A stretch of 64,000 bases of DNA from Armatimonadota bacterium (GTDB lineage: Bacteria > Armatimonadota > Zipacnadia > Zipacnadales > Zipacnadaceae): assembly GCA_036504235.1 (NCBI GenBank), contig DASXVN010000030.1, positions 12,677-76,676 on the forward strand. Reading direction: 5' to 3'. Positions 16,897 to 25,125 of the stretch are shown piece by piece. Below the pieces are notes generated by a model. The model worked only from the letters and a program-made list of their open reading frames with translations, was not told where the DNA came from and did not search any database. Numbering within the stretch: the first letter of the stretch is position 1; the number at the start of each line of letters is the position of its first letter. The position numbers and the translations under genes were made by a program.

Positions 16897-17085
16897 ATGG
16901 CAGCTCCAATCGTGGATGCGGACCTGTGCACCGGGTGTGGCTTGTGCATGCAGATCGCCGAGAACACCTTCGTCCTCAACGACGAGGGCGTCGCGGAAGT
17001 CAGCAACGCCACCGGTGATGATTCGGACACCATTCAGGAGGCAATTGACTCCTGTCCGGTGGAAGCCATTTCGTGGGGCGAGTAG
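16897..17085 (+). CDS. Small single-cluster [4Fe-4S] ferredoxin, copy 1
   Basis: 'CTGCGLC ... DSCPVEAISW' (CxxCxxC...CP). AGGAGGTGA RBS. Confidence 0.85.
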   Translation: MAAPIVDADLCTGCGLCMQIAENTFVLNDEGVAEVSNATGDDSDTIQEAIDSCPVEAISWGE

Positions 17086-17197
17086 TAACTCGCGCCGCGC
17101 CGTAGGAAAGTAGGGGACGCGGGCGGTCGCTCGGCTGCCCGCGTCCCGCTGGTCTAGCGACAGGATAAAGGACCATCAAGCGAAAGAGGGATCAATC

Positions 17198-17419
17198 ATG
17201 GCAGTACAAGTAGATGCTGATCTGTGCACCGGCTGTGGCCTCTGCGCCCAAGTGGCGGAGGAGGTCTTTGCGGTGAATGACGAGGGCCTCGCCGAGGTCA
17301 ACGCGGCGGCGGATTGCCAGCCGGATTCGTGCGCGGCGGAGAGCCCCTGCTCATACTGCGCCAACGTGCAGGAGGCTATCGACTCCTGTCCGGTGGAAGC
17401 CCTTTCGTGGAGCGAGTAG
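17198..17419 (+). CDS. Small ferredoxin, copy 2, with an inserted four-Cys segment
   Basis: It has the same 'CTGCGLC...DSCPVEALSW' frame as copy 1, plus the insertion 'ADCQPDSCAAESPCSYCAN' (C-x4-C-x5-C-x2-C). Confidence 0.85.
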   Translation: MAVQVDADLCTGCGLCAQVAEEVFAVNDEGLAEVNAAADCQPDSCAAESPCSYCANVQEAIDSCPVEALSWSE

Positions 17420-17448
17420 TAACTCGCACCGCGCCGGAGGTCAATGCC

Positions 17449-17640
17449 ATGCGCGTACCGTACGTGGACCCCGATTTGTGTCAGGGAGCTTACATCTGCG
17501 AGAGCATCGCTCCGCGCACCTTCAAGGTCAATGACGAGGGAGTCTCGGAGGTGGTCAACCCGACCGGGGACGAGGAGACCGCTATTCAGCAGGCCATCGA
17601 CTCTTGCCCGTATGGGGCGATCTCCTGGAAGGAAGCATAG
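17449..17640 (+). CDS. Small ferredoxin, copy 3, [3Fe-4S]-type ligand pattern
   Basis: 'CQGAYIC...DSCPYGAISW' (C-x2-A-x2-C...CP). The start was set at ATG 17449 with a GGAGG RBS. Confidence 0.8.
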   Translation: MRVPYVDPDLCQGAYICESIAPRTFKVNDEGVSEVVNPTGDEETAIQQAIDSCPYGAISWKEA

Positions 17641-17654
17641 AGGCGTGGGACGCG

Positions 17655-18134
17655 CTAGTTGGGAGCCAGACGCTCCAGCTTGGTGACGTACTCTGGGGGT
17701 AGCTTGAAGTCCTGGGCCGCTCGCACCAGCGTGTCCACCAGTTCGGCGGAGGGCAGATAACTGTTACGGTTCACCTCGGCGTCGGGAGCGAAGTAAGCCT
17801 GCGCCTGCAAGACGTGCCCCTCGCCATCATCGACTTCCACCGGTCGGCGTTCAAAGACGTTCTCTCCGTCCGGCCCCCTAAAGCCCTGGTACTTGTCCAT
17901 CTGCTCAAGGCACAGGTTGTCGCCCTCCCAGAGAACTCCCCAGACGTCCTCATTCTTGGACTTGCGCAGGCTGGGGATGCCCCCCATCCATACACCGGAG
18001 ACGCGCGGGAAGCAGAGCTTGTAGCCGTGCAGGACCGCGCGCCCGATAGGGCGTGCCCGGGGGCATAGCTGCTTCATCTGACCCCGGCTCATCAGCACGG
18101 CGTACGAGAAGTACACGAACTTTTCGCTCCTCAT
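17655..18134 (-). CDS. Gamma-glutamylcyclotransferase (AIG2/GGACT-like) family protein
   Basis: N-terminal 'FVYFSYAVLMSRGQMKQLCP' (the family's YGS-L-type motif) and a ~160-aa length. Confidence 0.65.
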   Translation of the reverse strand: MRSEKFVYFSYAVLMSRGQMKQLCPRARPIGRAVLHGYKLCFPRVSGVWMGGIPSLRKSKNEDVWGVLWEGDNLCLEQMDKYQGFRGPDGENVFERRPVEVDDGEGHVLQAQAYFAPDAEVNRNSYLPSAELVDTLVRAAQDFKLPPEYVTKLERLAPN

Positions 18135-18272
18135 GGGTTGGCGTCCATGCTCTTGGCCGCGTGCTGCCTTTTCGCGGACGCGAACCGGTCTCCGCGGGGG
18201 GGCGGCTGTGAGTAATCATGTGGACGCACGAGAAGCCGGGGGGTTCAGTGCGACGAGGAGGGCGCCCCGGGG

Positions 18273-19115
18273 CTAGTTCGCGCAGGCTTCGAGGGTGTAT
18301 TGCACGTTGAGGGCGATCTGGTCCTCGTATTTGGGGAACATCCCCACGACCACCGCATCCTGCGGTTTGATGCTGTCAAAGGCGTACCGGAAGGCGTCGC
18401 GTACCGTCTCCTGGGTGGCGCAGCGGCGGGTGGCGCCGAGAATCTTGAAGGCCAGCACCTGCTTGTCCGTCCGCTGGATGGTCTCCACCATCTTGGGCGG
18501 ATCGTCCTCGCTGAACCACTCCTGCGCCGCTACGGTGCCCTGGCCGCTGACCAGCCCGCTTTCCCGGGGCTTGACGCTCAGGTTGTAGAAGCAGGCCATG
18601 TAGAAGTCCAAGTCCCAGCCCTTTTCCTCGGCGTACTCAATGACCACCGGCATATGCGTTCCCAGGCCCACCCGTATCCCCAGGTCGCGCATATATTTGA
18701 GGTAGTCCTCGACCTTGTCTATCTCGCCGGCCAGCCACATATTGTCGGTGCGGGTGCCGTGGTAGTAGATGCCGATTGCCCCAGCGGCGGCCATGACGCG
18801 GATATTCTCAAAGTGGTCGTGCATCTCGGGGGCCACCTGGCCGATCCAGTGCAACCGCCCGCCCTCCCGCTGAAACAGCTCGCGCCAGTGTAGAATCCGG
18901 TGGAAGTCTCCCCGCGCCTGCAGGGTGTTGATCCCGTGCCGCTCGAGGTCATGGAAGTATGAAACCGCACCCTGTTCAGAGAAGTACGCCTTCATATCGG
19001 CGTCCATCTCCGGCGAGAGATGAGACAGCCCGCACACAGGATTGGCCCCGCTGATGAGGCGGGTGATCTGGTAATCGCCAAAGGGGACGGTGGGCAGTGT
19101 AGGCGCTTCGGACAT
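18273..19115 (-). CDS. Hypothetical cytoplasmic protein (280 aa), function unknown
   Basis: Clean ORF with an ATG at 19115. No motif I can name with confidence. Confidence 0.55.
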   Translation of the reverse strand: MSEAPTLPTVPFGDYQITRLISGANPVCGLSHLSPEMDADMKAYFSEQGAVSYFHDLERHGINTLQARGDFHRILHWRELFQREGGRLHWIGQVAPEMHDHFENIRVMAAAGAIGIYYHGTRTDNMWLAGEIDKVEDYLKYMRDLGIRVGLGTHMPVVIEYAEEKGWDLDFYMACFYNLSVKPRESGLVSGQGTVAAQEWFSEDDPPKMVETIQRTDKQVLAFKILGATRRCATQETVRDAFRYAFDSIKPQDAVVVGMFPKYEDQIALNVQYTLEACAN

Positions 19116-19206
19116 GAATTGGCACTTCCTGAGTTGGAATGAAGCGACGAATTATTGGACGGGTGAGGGGGGATGAAAGGTCCCGCGAGGTGGGCCTCAC
19201 CCCCTG

Positions 19207-19252
19207 CCCCCTCTCCGTGGCGCTCGCCGACGAGCGCCCACAGGAGAGGGGG
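19207..19252. repeat. Long near-perfect hairpin of the CCCCTCTCC...GGAGAGGGG REP-like type
   Basis: 'ccccctctcc gtggcgctcg ccga cgagcgcccac aggagaggggg'. A related copy lies at 31012..31036. Confidence 0.5.
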
Positions 19253-19285
19253 TGAAAGGCAGACGGCGAGAGAGAAGAAGAGCCC

Positions 19286-19636
19286 CTATCCCTCTTGCAG
19301 GTTGCGCAGCAGAGTCTCTACCTGCTTTTGCAGCTTGGGCAAGTGTTCCTGGATGACCTGCCAGACCTGGTCGTGCTCGACCAGTTCGTACCCATGGATC
19401 AACAGGTTGCGGAAGGCAATAATGCGCGGGTAGTCGCCGATGGCCGCCGCGGTCTCCGGATCGTGCTGGGCTAAGCGTTTCATGGCCTCGCCGATGATCT
19501 CGAAATGCCGCTCCACCGCGGCATGCACCACGGGGTCCGCCACGTAATCGGCCAGCGTCTTGCCCGCCGTCAATTGCAGAATGAAGTCAGCGGAAGTACG
19601 CAGGTCGTGAAGCCACTTGGGCGACTTAGGCTGCAT
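19286..19636 (-). CDS. hepT: HepT-like (DUF86) ribonuclease toxin
   Basis: R-x4-H-x-Y motif 'RNLLIHGY'. 116 aa. Overlaps the upstream MNT gene by 11 nt. Confidence 0.85.
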   Translation of the reverse strand: MQPKSPKWLHDLRTSADFILQLTAGKTLADYVADPVVHAAVERHFEIIGEAMKRLAQHDPETAAAIGDYPRIIAFRNLLIHGYELVEHDQVWQVIQEHLPKLQKQVETLLRNLQEG

Positions 19637-19943
19637 ACAGAACCCTCCGGGTACGCGCTGCTTCGCGGGCGAAATAGGGGTTTTCGAAGCTGCGCGCGTG
19701 GGACATGACCAGGTCCACCGGGCGGCCTATCAGCGCCGCTAAGTCTTCGCGGAGGGCGAAGTAGCGCTCCAGCCAGGCGCCCAGTTCGGTGCCCGGCGCG
19801 AACTCCACGATGAAGTCAACGTCCGAGCGCTGCGGGTCGAAATCTCCCTCCGCCGCCGAGCCGAAGACCTCCAGCCGCGCCACGCCGTACCGGCGGCACA
19901 ACTCCTCCAAGGCGGCGCGATGGGTTTCGAGTAGGTCAATCAT
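19626..19943 (-). CDS. mntA: MntA-type nucleotidyltransferase antitoxin
   Basis: 'VFGSAAEGDFDPQRSDVDFIVEF' (GS-x9-12-D-x-D minimal nucleotidyltransferase motif). GAGGAGG RBS. Confidence 0.85.
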   Translation of the reverse strand: MIDLLETHRAALEELCRRYGVARLEVFGSAAEGDFDPQRSDVDFIVEFAPGTELGAWLERYFALREDLAALIGRPVDLVMSHARSFENPYFAREAARTRRVLYAA

Positions 19944-19961
19944 CGCCGAGGTTTGCCTCCT

Positions 19962-21086
19962 CTAGCCGTAACTCTCGAACAGTTTCCCCCAGCCGGTTTC
20001 GCGCTTGATCTTTTCGGCGCGCTTGCTGCCTACTAGCGGGAACCAGCAGGTGTCGTGGTAGAACTTGCTGGCGAAGACCGACCAGGGGCTGATCTTGGTG
20101 CGCAGCAAGGTCTTCTCGAAGGGGCTCAGGCAGCCGTGGTAGATGCACTTCTGGCCGCGGCTGGCCAGGGTCTCGCCTACCGTGAAGCCCCAGTCCTCCT
20201 GGCGCAGGTCCTCGTCGCCCAGGACCTCGATCTCCCGCATGTCGCCTACGCCCAGGCCCTTTTCGTGCGCCAGGCGGATGTAGTCAATGCGCAGCGGATC
20301 AAAGCCCATCATCGAGGCCGCGACCGCGTCAATCGCCACCTGGTCGGCGGAGGCCAGGATCACGTTCTTCACGTGCGGCTGCATGCAGCGCGGGCCGGGG
20401 CCGGAGCCGGCGATGGTCCCGTCCATGACCGCGAACAGGCCAGGGTGAATCTCCTTCTGGATGGTCAGCAGATCCACCAGGGTCTCGTGGATGTGCTTGT
20501 GGGTCCAGTGGCGGTTGTTGTTGAGCAGGCCGCCGAAAGCGTTCTTCATCGCCCCGGTGGTGGTGGTGAAGACGTGGGTCTTGACCGTGGGCAGATGCAG
20601 GGCGTTCTTGCCGAGGAACAGCTTGGGGATGGAGATGCCGTCCGGGAAGATCATGGGCAGCACCATCATCTCGCCCTGCGGCTCGTAGTTGACCCATTCA
20701 ACCTCCGGCTCGAATAGCCAGACGTACTCCAGGCCATGCTGCTTGATGACTGACTGCAAATGGTTGTTCACCGAGCCCAGCTTGGGGTCCACCACCACGG
20801 TGGCGTTCTGGGCGGGGATGAGCGTCTCCGGCGTCCAGCCGGCCTGGAGCATGGCGCGGGTGACGCCGTCCAGTTGCCAGGGGGAGGTCGAGCAGGCCGG
20901 GTAGTAGTGGTGCCAGGAGATGTTAATCTTCAGCAGCGTCTCGGCCGCGGCGGGGAGCGCCGTGGTGTAGCCGGCCAGGTCCATCAGGCGCTGGACATCC
21001 TCGAGGATCGTCTCAGGGCTGGTGCGCAGGGCCGCGACCTTGCCGCGTAGCGCGTCGTCGGGCCGGTTCTGAGCAAACGTCGCCAT
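19962..21086 (-). CDS. DUF362 domain-containing protein
   Basis: 'LLKINISWHHYYPACSTSPWQLDGV' and the overall length and order resemble DUF362 proteins. GGAGG RBS. Confidence 0.65.
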   Translation of the reverse strand: MATFAQNRPDDALRGKVAALRTSPETILEDVQRLMDLAGYTTALPAAAETLLKINISWHHYYPACSTSPWQLDGVTRAMLQAGWTPETLIPAQNATVVVDPKLGSVNNHLQSVIKQHGLEYVWLFEPEVEWVNYEPQGEMMVLPMIFPDGISIPKLFLGKNALHLPTVKTHVFTTTTGAMKNAFGGLLNNNRHWTHKHIHETLVDLLTIQKEIHPGLFAVMDGTIAGSGPGPRCMQPHVKNVILASADQVAIDAVAASMMGFDPLRIDYIRLAHEKGLGVGDMREIEVLGDEDLRQEDWGFTVGETLASRGQKCIYHGCLSPFEKTLLRTKISPWSVFASKFYHDTCWFPLVGSKRAEKIKRETGWGKLFESYG

Positions 21087-21179
21087 GGGTCATACCTCCG
21101 GGACTAGGGTCGGATAGTCACCAGTAGTATAGCAGCAAAAGAGGGGGAATGCATCCGGCAGAGGGGGCCGCACGCCTGG

Positions 21180-23165
21180 CTAGCCGGGCAAGAGGAAATG
21201 CCCGTGGGCGCCGACCATGGCATCCACGATGCGCCACAGGATCATCATGAACACGTCGCCGAAGGCCAGACCCAGGAAGAAGGGCAGAGCTTTTCTCATC
21301 ACCTGCGGCCCGCCGTAGCGCATCAGGGCCGACTTGATAATCGCGGAGATCATGATGGAGAACCACATGAAGGCGACCGGGTGGGTCTGCATCATGATGA
21401 ATCCCACCGGATGCGGCCAGAACCACAGGTAGCGCTGGCGCATGGCGGAGACGCCCAGCACGAAGACCGCGCCGATCGCCATCCAGACCATGATCGCCAG
21501 GTTGGGCGGCTCCGGCCGGCTGAGCCAGGTGCTGAGCTGATCCCAGCCGCCGGTGCCGGAGATGTGGCAGAACCACTGGTTCATGCCCGCCGCACCGTGG
21601 CGATAGTAGAGCCACAACTGGCTGATCGCGGTGGTGGGCACGGAAGCGGCCAGCGCCACCCACAGGACCATGAACATCTGCCGCCGGCTGATGCCGCCTT
21701 CCTCCGCGATGCGCAGCCCCTGCACCAGGCTGGGGCCGATGGTGGCGCGCAAGTCCGTCGAGTAGGCGCGCTCGAAGAACATCCCGGCGGTCAGGCTGCG
21801 CGCCCCGACCGTGTTGGTGCCAAACAGGTAGTTGAGCGCCTGCACCGGGGTGACGGTCTGCTGCACGAACAGCAGGCCGACCTCGGCGACCACCTTGCTG
21901 AGGATGATTATGATCATGGTGTAAACCAGGATCACGAAGGCCGCCGTCCACAGGCTCATCCCCGCGACCACCAGCCACCAAGTGGCGGCGGCCAGGCACA
22001 GGCCGATGCCGATCAGGCAGGTCCGGTAGCTCAGACCCCCCTCCTCGGTAGCCGGGGCCTTGCCGGTCAATTCCGCCCAGGCCCCGGCCAGGTGGCGCCG
22101 CGCCGACCAGAAAGTCAGGCCGATGTATGCCACATAGCCGCCCCAGGGCTGCGCGCCCAGCCACAGGGGATAGCCGGCGATGGACAGTCCCTGCGCGCGG
22201 AAGCCCAGCATCCCGCCGACCAGCCGCTGCACCCGGTTGAACAGGAAGAAGCCCACGATGGAGAAGGCCACCTCGGTACGCAGCAGCATGCTGACGCCGA
22301 TGACGGCCGGGTAGATGATAAAGGGCGTCCAGCCCCAGAACTGGCCGATCCCCTCCTGCGGCGTGTAGGCCCACTCCATGCGGATACCGCCGACCGAGGG
22401 GTAGTAAAAGCGCAGTCCGGCGAGGCCCTGCACCAGCACGGTGAGGCCGAAACCGATCCACATGACCGGATTGCCCCAGAAAGCCTTGTCGGCCAGCGGG
22501 TGGGAGGGGTTCTGGGTCATCTGCATGGGCAGGGCGACCAGCGGGAAGGAAAGCCGCTCGTAGTTGGCCCATTGCGGGTAGAACAGGGCGCTGGCGAAGG
22601 TGGCCAGCAGATAGAGCACCACCAGCAGCACGCCCCAGGCCATGAAGGGAATGATCCAGTCGCTCCAGGGAATGGCAACGCCCGGCGGCAGCCCCTCATA
22701 GAAGCCCTTGATGGCCAGGTCGGAGGTGGGGTGCAGCCAGGTGGGCACGTACTGGAAGAAGATGGAGGCCCAGCCATTCGCGGGCGTGGCATAGTAGAAG
22801 GCGGAGACGCTGACCGGGACAAACACGCTCTCCGAGCCGTGACTGGGCACCAGCGTGGAGATGAGCAGCATGGTGTAGATGACCAGGAGCTCGGCGCGCG
22901 CGAAAGGCAGGCGGGGCGACAGCAGCCGCAGTAGCGGGTTGAGCACCAGCACCAGCAGCATGAGCATGAACACGGCGCCCGGGGGCAGGTGCTGGCCGCC
23001 GATGAAGGTGCCCTGCACGTAGTGGTCCATGTAGGGGACCACAATTCCGCAGCCCACCGACAGGACAAAGCCCACCGCTACGCTGCGCACGGTGACGCCG
23101 CGGCGAGGGGAATCGCTCTCGCTAGCGGAACTGGAATTGGGTCCTAGCTCGGTGACGGTAGCCAT
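21180..23165 (-). CDS. Large polytopic membrane protein (~660 aa, more than 12 predicted TM segments), function unknown
   Basis: Hydrophobic segments run throughout. The start is uncertain: ATG 23165 or TTG 23210. It lies 93 nt upstream of the DUF362 gene on the same strand. Confidence 0.7.
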   Translation of the reverse strand: MATVTELGPNSSSASESDSPRRGVTVRSVAVGFVLSVGCGIVVPYMDHYVQGTFIGGQHLPPGAVFMLMLLVLVLNPLLRLLSPRLPFARAELLVIYTMLLISTLVPSHGSESVFVPVSVSAFYYATPANGWASIFFQYVPTWLHPTSDLAIKGFYEGLPPGVAIPWSDWIIPFMAWGVLLVVLYLLATFASALFYPQWANYERLSFPLVALPMQMTQNPSHPLADKAFWGNPVMWIGFGLTVLVQGLAGLRFYYPSVGGIRMEWAYTPQEGIGQFWGWTPFIIYPAVIGVSMLLRTEVAFSIVGFFLFNRVQRLVGGMLGFRAQGLSIAGYPLWLGAQPWGGYVAYIGLTFWSARRHLAGAWAELTGKAPATEEGGLSYRTCLIGIGLCLAAATWWLVVAGMSLWTAAFVILVYTMIIIILSKVVAEVGLLFVQQTVTPVQALNYLFGTNTVGARSLTAGMFFERAYSTDLRATIGPSLVQGLRIAEEGGISRRQMFMVLWVALAASVPTTAISQLWLYYRHGAAGMNQWFCHISGTGGWDQLSTWLSRPEPPNLAIMVWMAIGAVFVLGVSAMRQRYLWFWPHPVGFIMMQTHPVAFMWFSIMISAIIKSALMRYGGPQVMRKALPFFLGLAFGDVFMMILWRIVDAMVGAHGHFLLPG

Positions 23166-23337
23166 GGCGGAAACATATTCGCCGGAGCATGCAACGTTTC
23201 CTGCTTCCAACTTTCACCGGCTGACCGGCGTCAGCAGGGGCGTCCCGCGGGCGCGGGCGGCGCGGAAGGAATATGCGCCCCGCGCAGGAAAGTACTTCTC
23301 AGCCGGCGCGCGGGTCGCGGCGCGCTCGCCCCTAACT

Positions 23338-24654
23338 ATGTCTACCTACCTGGAAATCTTGGTGCTGCTACTGATGATCTTGGCGAGTGGTTTCTTCGCC
23401 ATGTCCGAGATGGCGCTCGTCTCGGCCCGCAGGGCTCGGCTGCAGCAACTGGCCGAAGAAGGCAACCCTCGCGCGCGCCGCACGCTCGAGTTGGTCTCCT
23501 CCGCCAACCGCTTTCTGGCCACCGCCCAGATCGGCATCACGCTAGTCGGCGTGCTGGCCGGCGCCTTCGGCGGCGTGACTCTCGCCGAGCGGCTGGACCC
23601 GCACCTGCAGACGATCCCCTGGCTGCAACCCTACAGCCACCCGCTGTCCGTGGGGCTGGTCGTCATCTTCACCACCTACCTGACCCTGACCCTGGGCGAA
23701 TTGGTCCCCAAGCGCATCGGAATGTCGCGCCCCGAGGCCCTGGCGATGCGGGTCTCCGGCCCTATGGGCGGCCTGTCGCGGCTGGCCGCCCCGCTAGTCT
23801 GGGTGCTGGGGATATCCACCGAGGGCGTGCTGCGCCTGCTCGGCGTGCGCCCCTCCGCCGAACCGCCGGTCACAGAGGGGGAGATCCGCATTCTCCTGGA
23901 GCAGGGCGAGAAGGCCGGCGTCTTTGAGGAGGCGGAGCTGGCGCTGGTGCAGCGGTCGCTGCGCCTGAATCGGCGCCGGATCAGCGGCATCATGACCCCG
24001 CGGCCCGACGTGGTGTGGCTGGACCTGGAAGACCCGCCGGAGGAGTTCCGCCGCCGCCTGGTCACCGAGCCCTACTCGCGCTTCCCGGTCTGCCGGGGGA
24101 GCCTCGATGAAGTGGCGGGAATCCTCCAGGTCAAGGACTACTTGACCCAGGTGCTGGCCGGCGAGCCGGAGGATTTCGAGACGATTTTGCGCGAGGTCTT
24201 GTTTGTGCCCGAGTCCATGCCTGCCCTGCAGGCGCTGGAGTCTTTCGAGCGGGCGGGCCGGCACATCGCCCTGGTCGTGGACGAGTACGGCGGCGTGCAG
24301 GGGCTGGTCACCATGAATGATATCCTGGGGGCGATTGTGGGCGAGGGCGCGGCTACGGAGGGTCCGGAAGAGCCGGAGGCCGTGCGTCGCGAGGACGGCT
24401 CGTGGCTCCTGGACGGGGTCCTATCGGTGGAGGAACTGCGGGAGCTGCTCGATCTACCTCCGCTCCCCGGCGAGGAGCGCGGCAGTTTCACCACCCTCGG
24501 TGGATTCGTAATGAGCCAGATGGGCCGCATCCCGGCCCCGGCGGAGACCTTCGACTGGGCCGACTACCACTTCGAGGTCCTGGACATGGACGGGCACCGC
24601 GTGGACAAGGTCCTGGTAACTCCGCATACCAAGGATACCGCGGAGGAGCCGTAG
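23338..24654 (+). CDS. Hemolysin/CNNM family protein (DUF21 TM domain, CBS pair, CorC_HlyC)
   Basis: 'ILASGFFAMSEMALVSARRARL' DUF21 N-terminus, followed by CBS-pair and C-terminal transporter-associated regions. Start at ATG 23338. Confidence 0.9.
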   Translation: MSTYLEILVLLLMILASGFFAMSEMALVSARRARLQQLAEEGNPRARRTLELVSSANRFLATAQIGITLVGVLAGAFGGVTLAERLDPHLQTIPWLQPYSHPLSVGLVVIFTTYLTLTLGELVPKRIGMSRPEALAMRVSGPMGGLSRLAAPLVWVLGISTEGVLRLLGVRPSAEPPVTEGEIRILLEQGEKAGVFEEAELALVQRSLRLNRRRISGIMTPRPDVVWLDLEDPPEEFRRRLVTEPYSRFPVCRGSLDEVAGILQVKDYLTQVLAGEPEDFETILREVLFVPESMPALQALESFERAGRHIALVVDEYGGVQGLVTMNDILGAIVGEGAATEGPEEPEAVRREDGSWLLDGVLSVEELRELLDLPPLPGEERGSFTTLGGFVMSQMGRIPAPAETFDWADYHFEVLDMDGHRVDKVLVTPHTKDTAEEP

Positions 24655-24665
24655 CGGTTGCCGTC

Positions 24666-24741
24666 CTGTAGGGCGGGGGCTCGTACCCCGCCGGACTAAC
24701 GGTTGCCTAGCGACGGCGGGGTACAAGCCCCCGCCCTACAG
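24666..24741. repeat. 27-bp inverted repeat (1 mismatch) of the GTAGGGCGGGGG type, 22-nt loop
   Basis: 24666..24692 'ctgtagggcgggggctcgtaccccgcc' pairs with 24715..24741 'ggcggggtacaagcccccgccctacag'. Confidence 0.6.
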
Positions 24742-24854
24742 TAACGGCGGACCTGCCCGGCGGCCTCCGCCGGTCCTCTTGACACCTGCCGCCGGCTGTG
24801 TTAGATTACCTTTCGCCGTCCCTGTGCGCTAGGGGGCGGAATATTCGTCTTAGT

Positions 24855-24932
24855 GGGGTTGTAGCTCAGTCGGTTTAGAGTGCTGGCCTGTCAAGCCAGA
24901 GGTCGCGGGTTCGAGCCCCGTCAACCCCGCCA
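24855..24932 (+). tRNA. tRNA-Asp (anticodon GTC), CCA encoded
   Basis: Manual cloverleaf: acceptor GGGGTTG/CAACCCC, anticodon stem CTGGC/GCCAG with loop CTGTCAA, T-arm GCGGG-TTCGAGC-CCCGT, discriminator G plus CCA. Confidence 0.9.
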
Positions 24933-24944
24933 TATGTTACTCAC

Positions 24945-24978
24945 AGGCCCTTCTGCCCTCCGGCAGGAGGGCCTTTTG
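24945..24978 (+). terminator. Rho-independent terminator after tRNA-Asp
   Basis: 'aggcccttctgcc-ctcc-ggcaggagggcct' followed by a T-run. Confidence 0.75.
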
Positions 24979-25125
24979 ATTGTCTCAAGCCTCCGGGGTG
25001 GCTGCCGCCGGCCGGACCGGGACCAGCCGACAGGCCGCGGCGGAGGTGGTTGGCAGCGGCAGGCTGAATCAACTCCGCGCGTCTTACCATCATTATCCAC
25101 GTCGTTTCGATAGGGAGCCCCGCTA

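Noticed and set aside
21118-22934. Alternative-frame ORFs (21118..22572 minus strand, 21198..22934 plus strand) overlapping the large membrane-protein gene
   Set aside because: Only the 21180..23165 frame gives regular hydrophobic helices. The others are Arg/Pro/Gly-rich.
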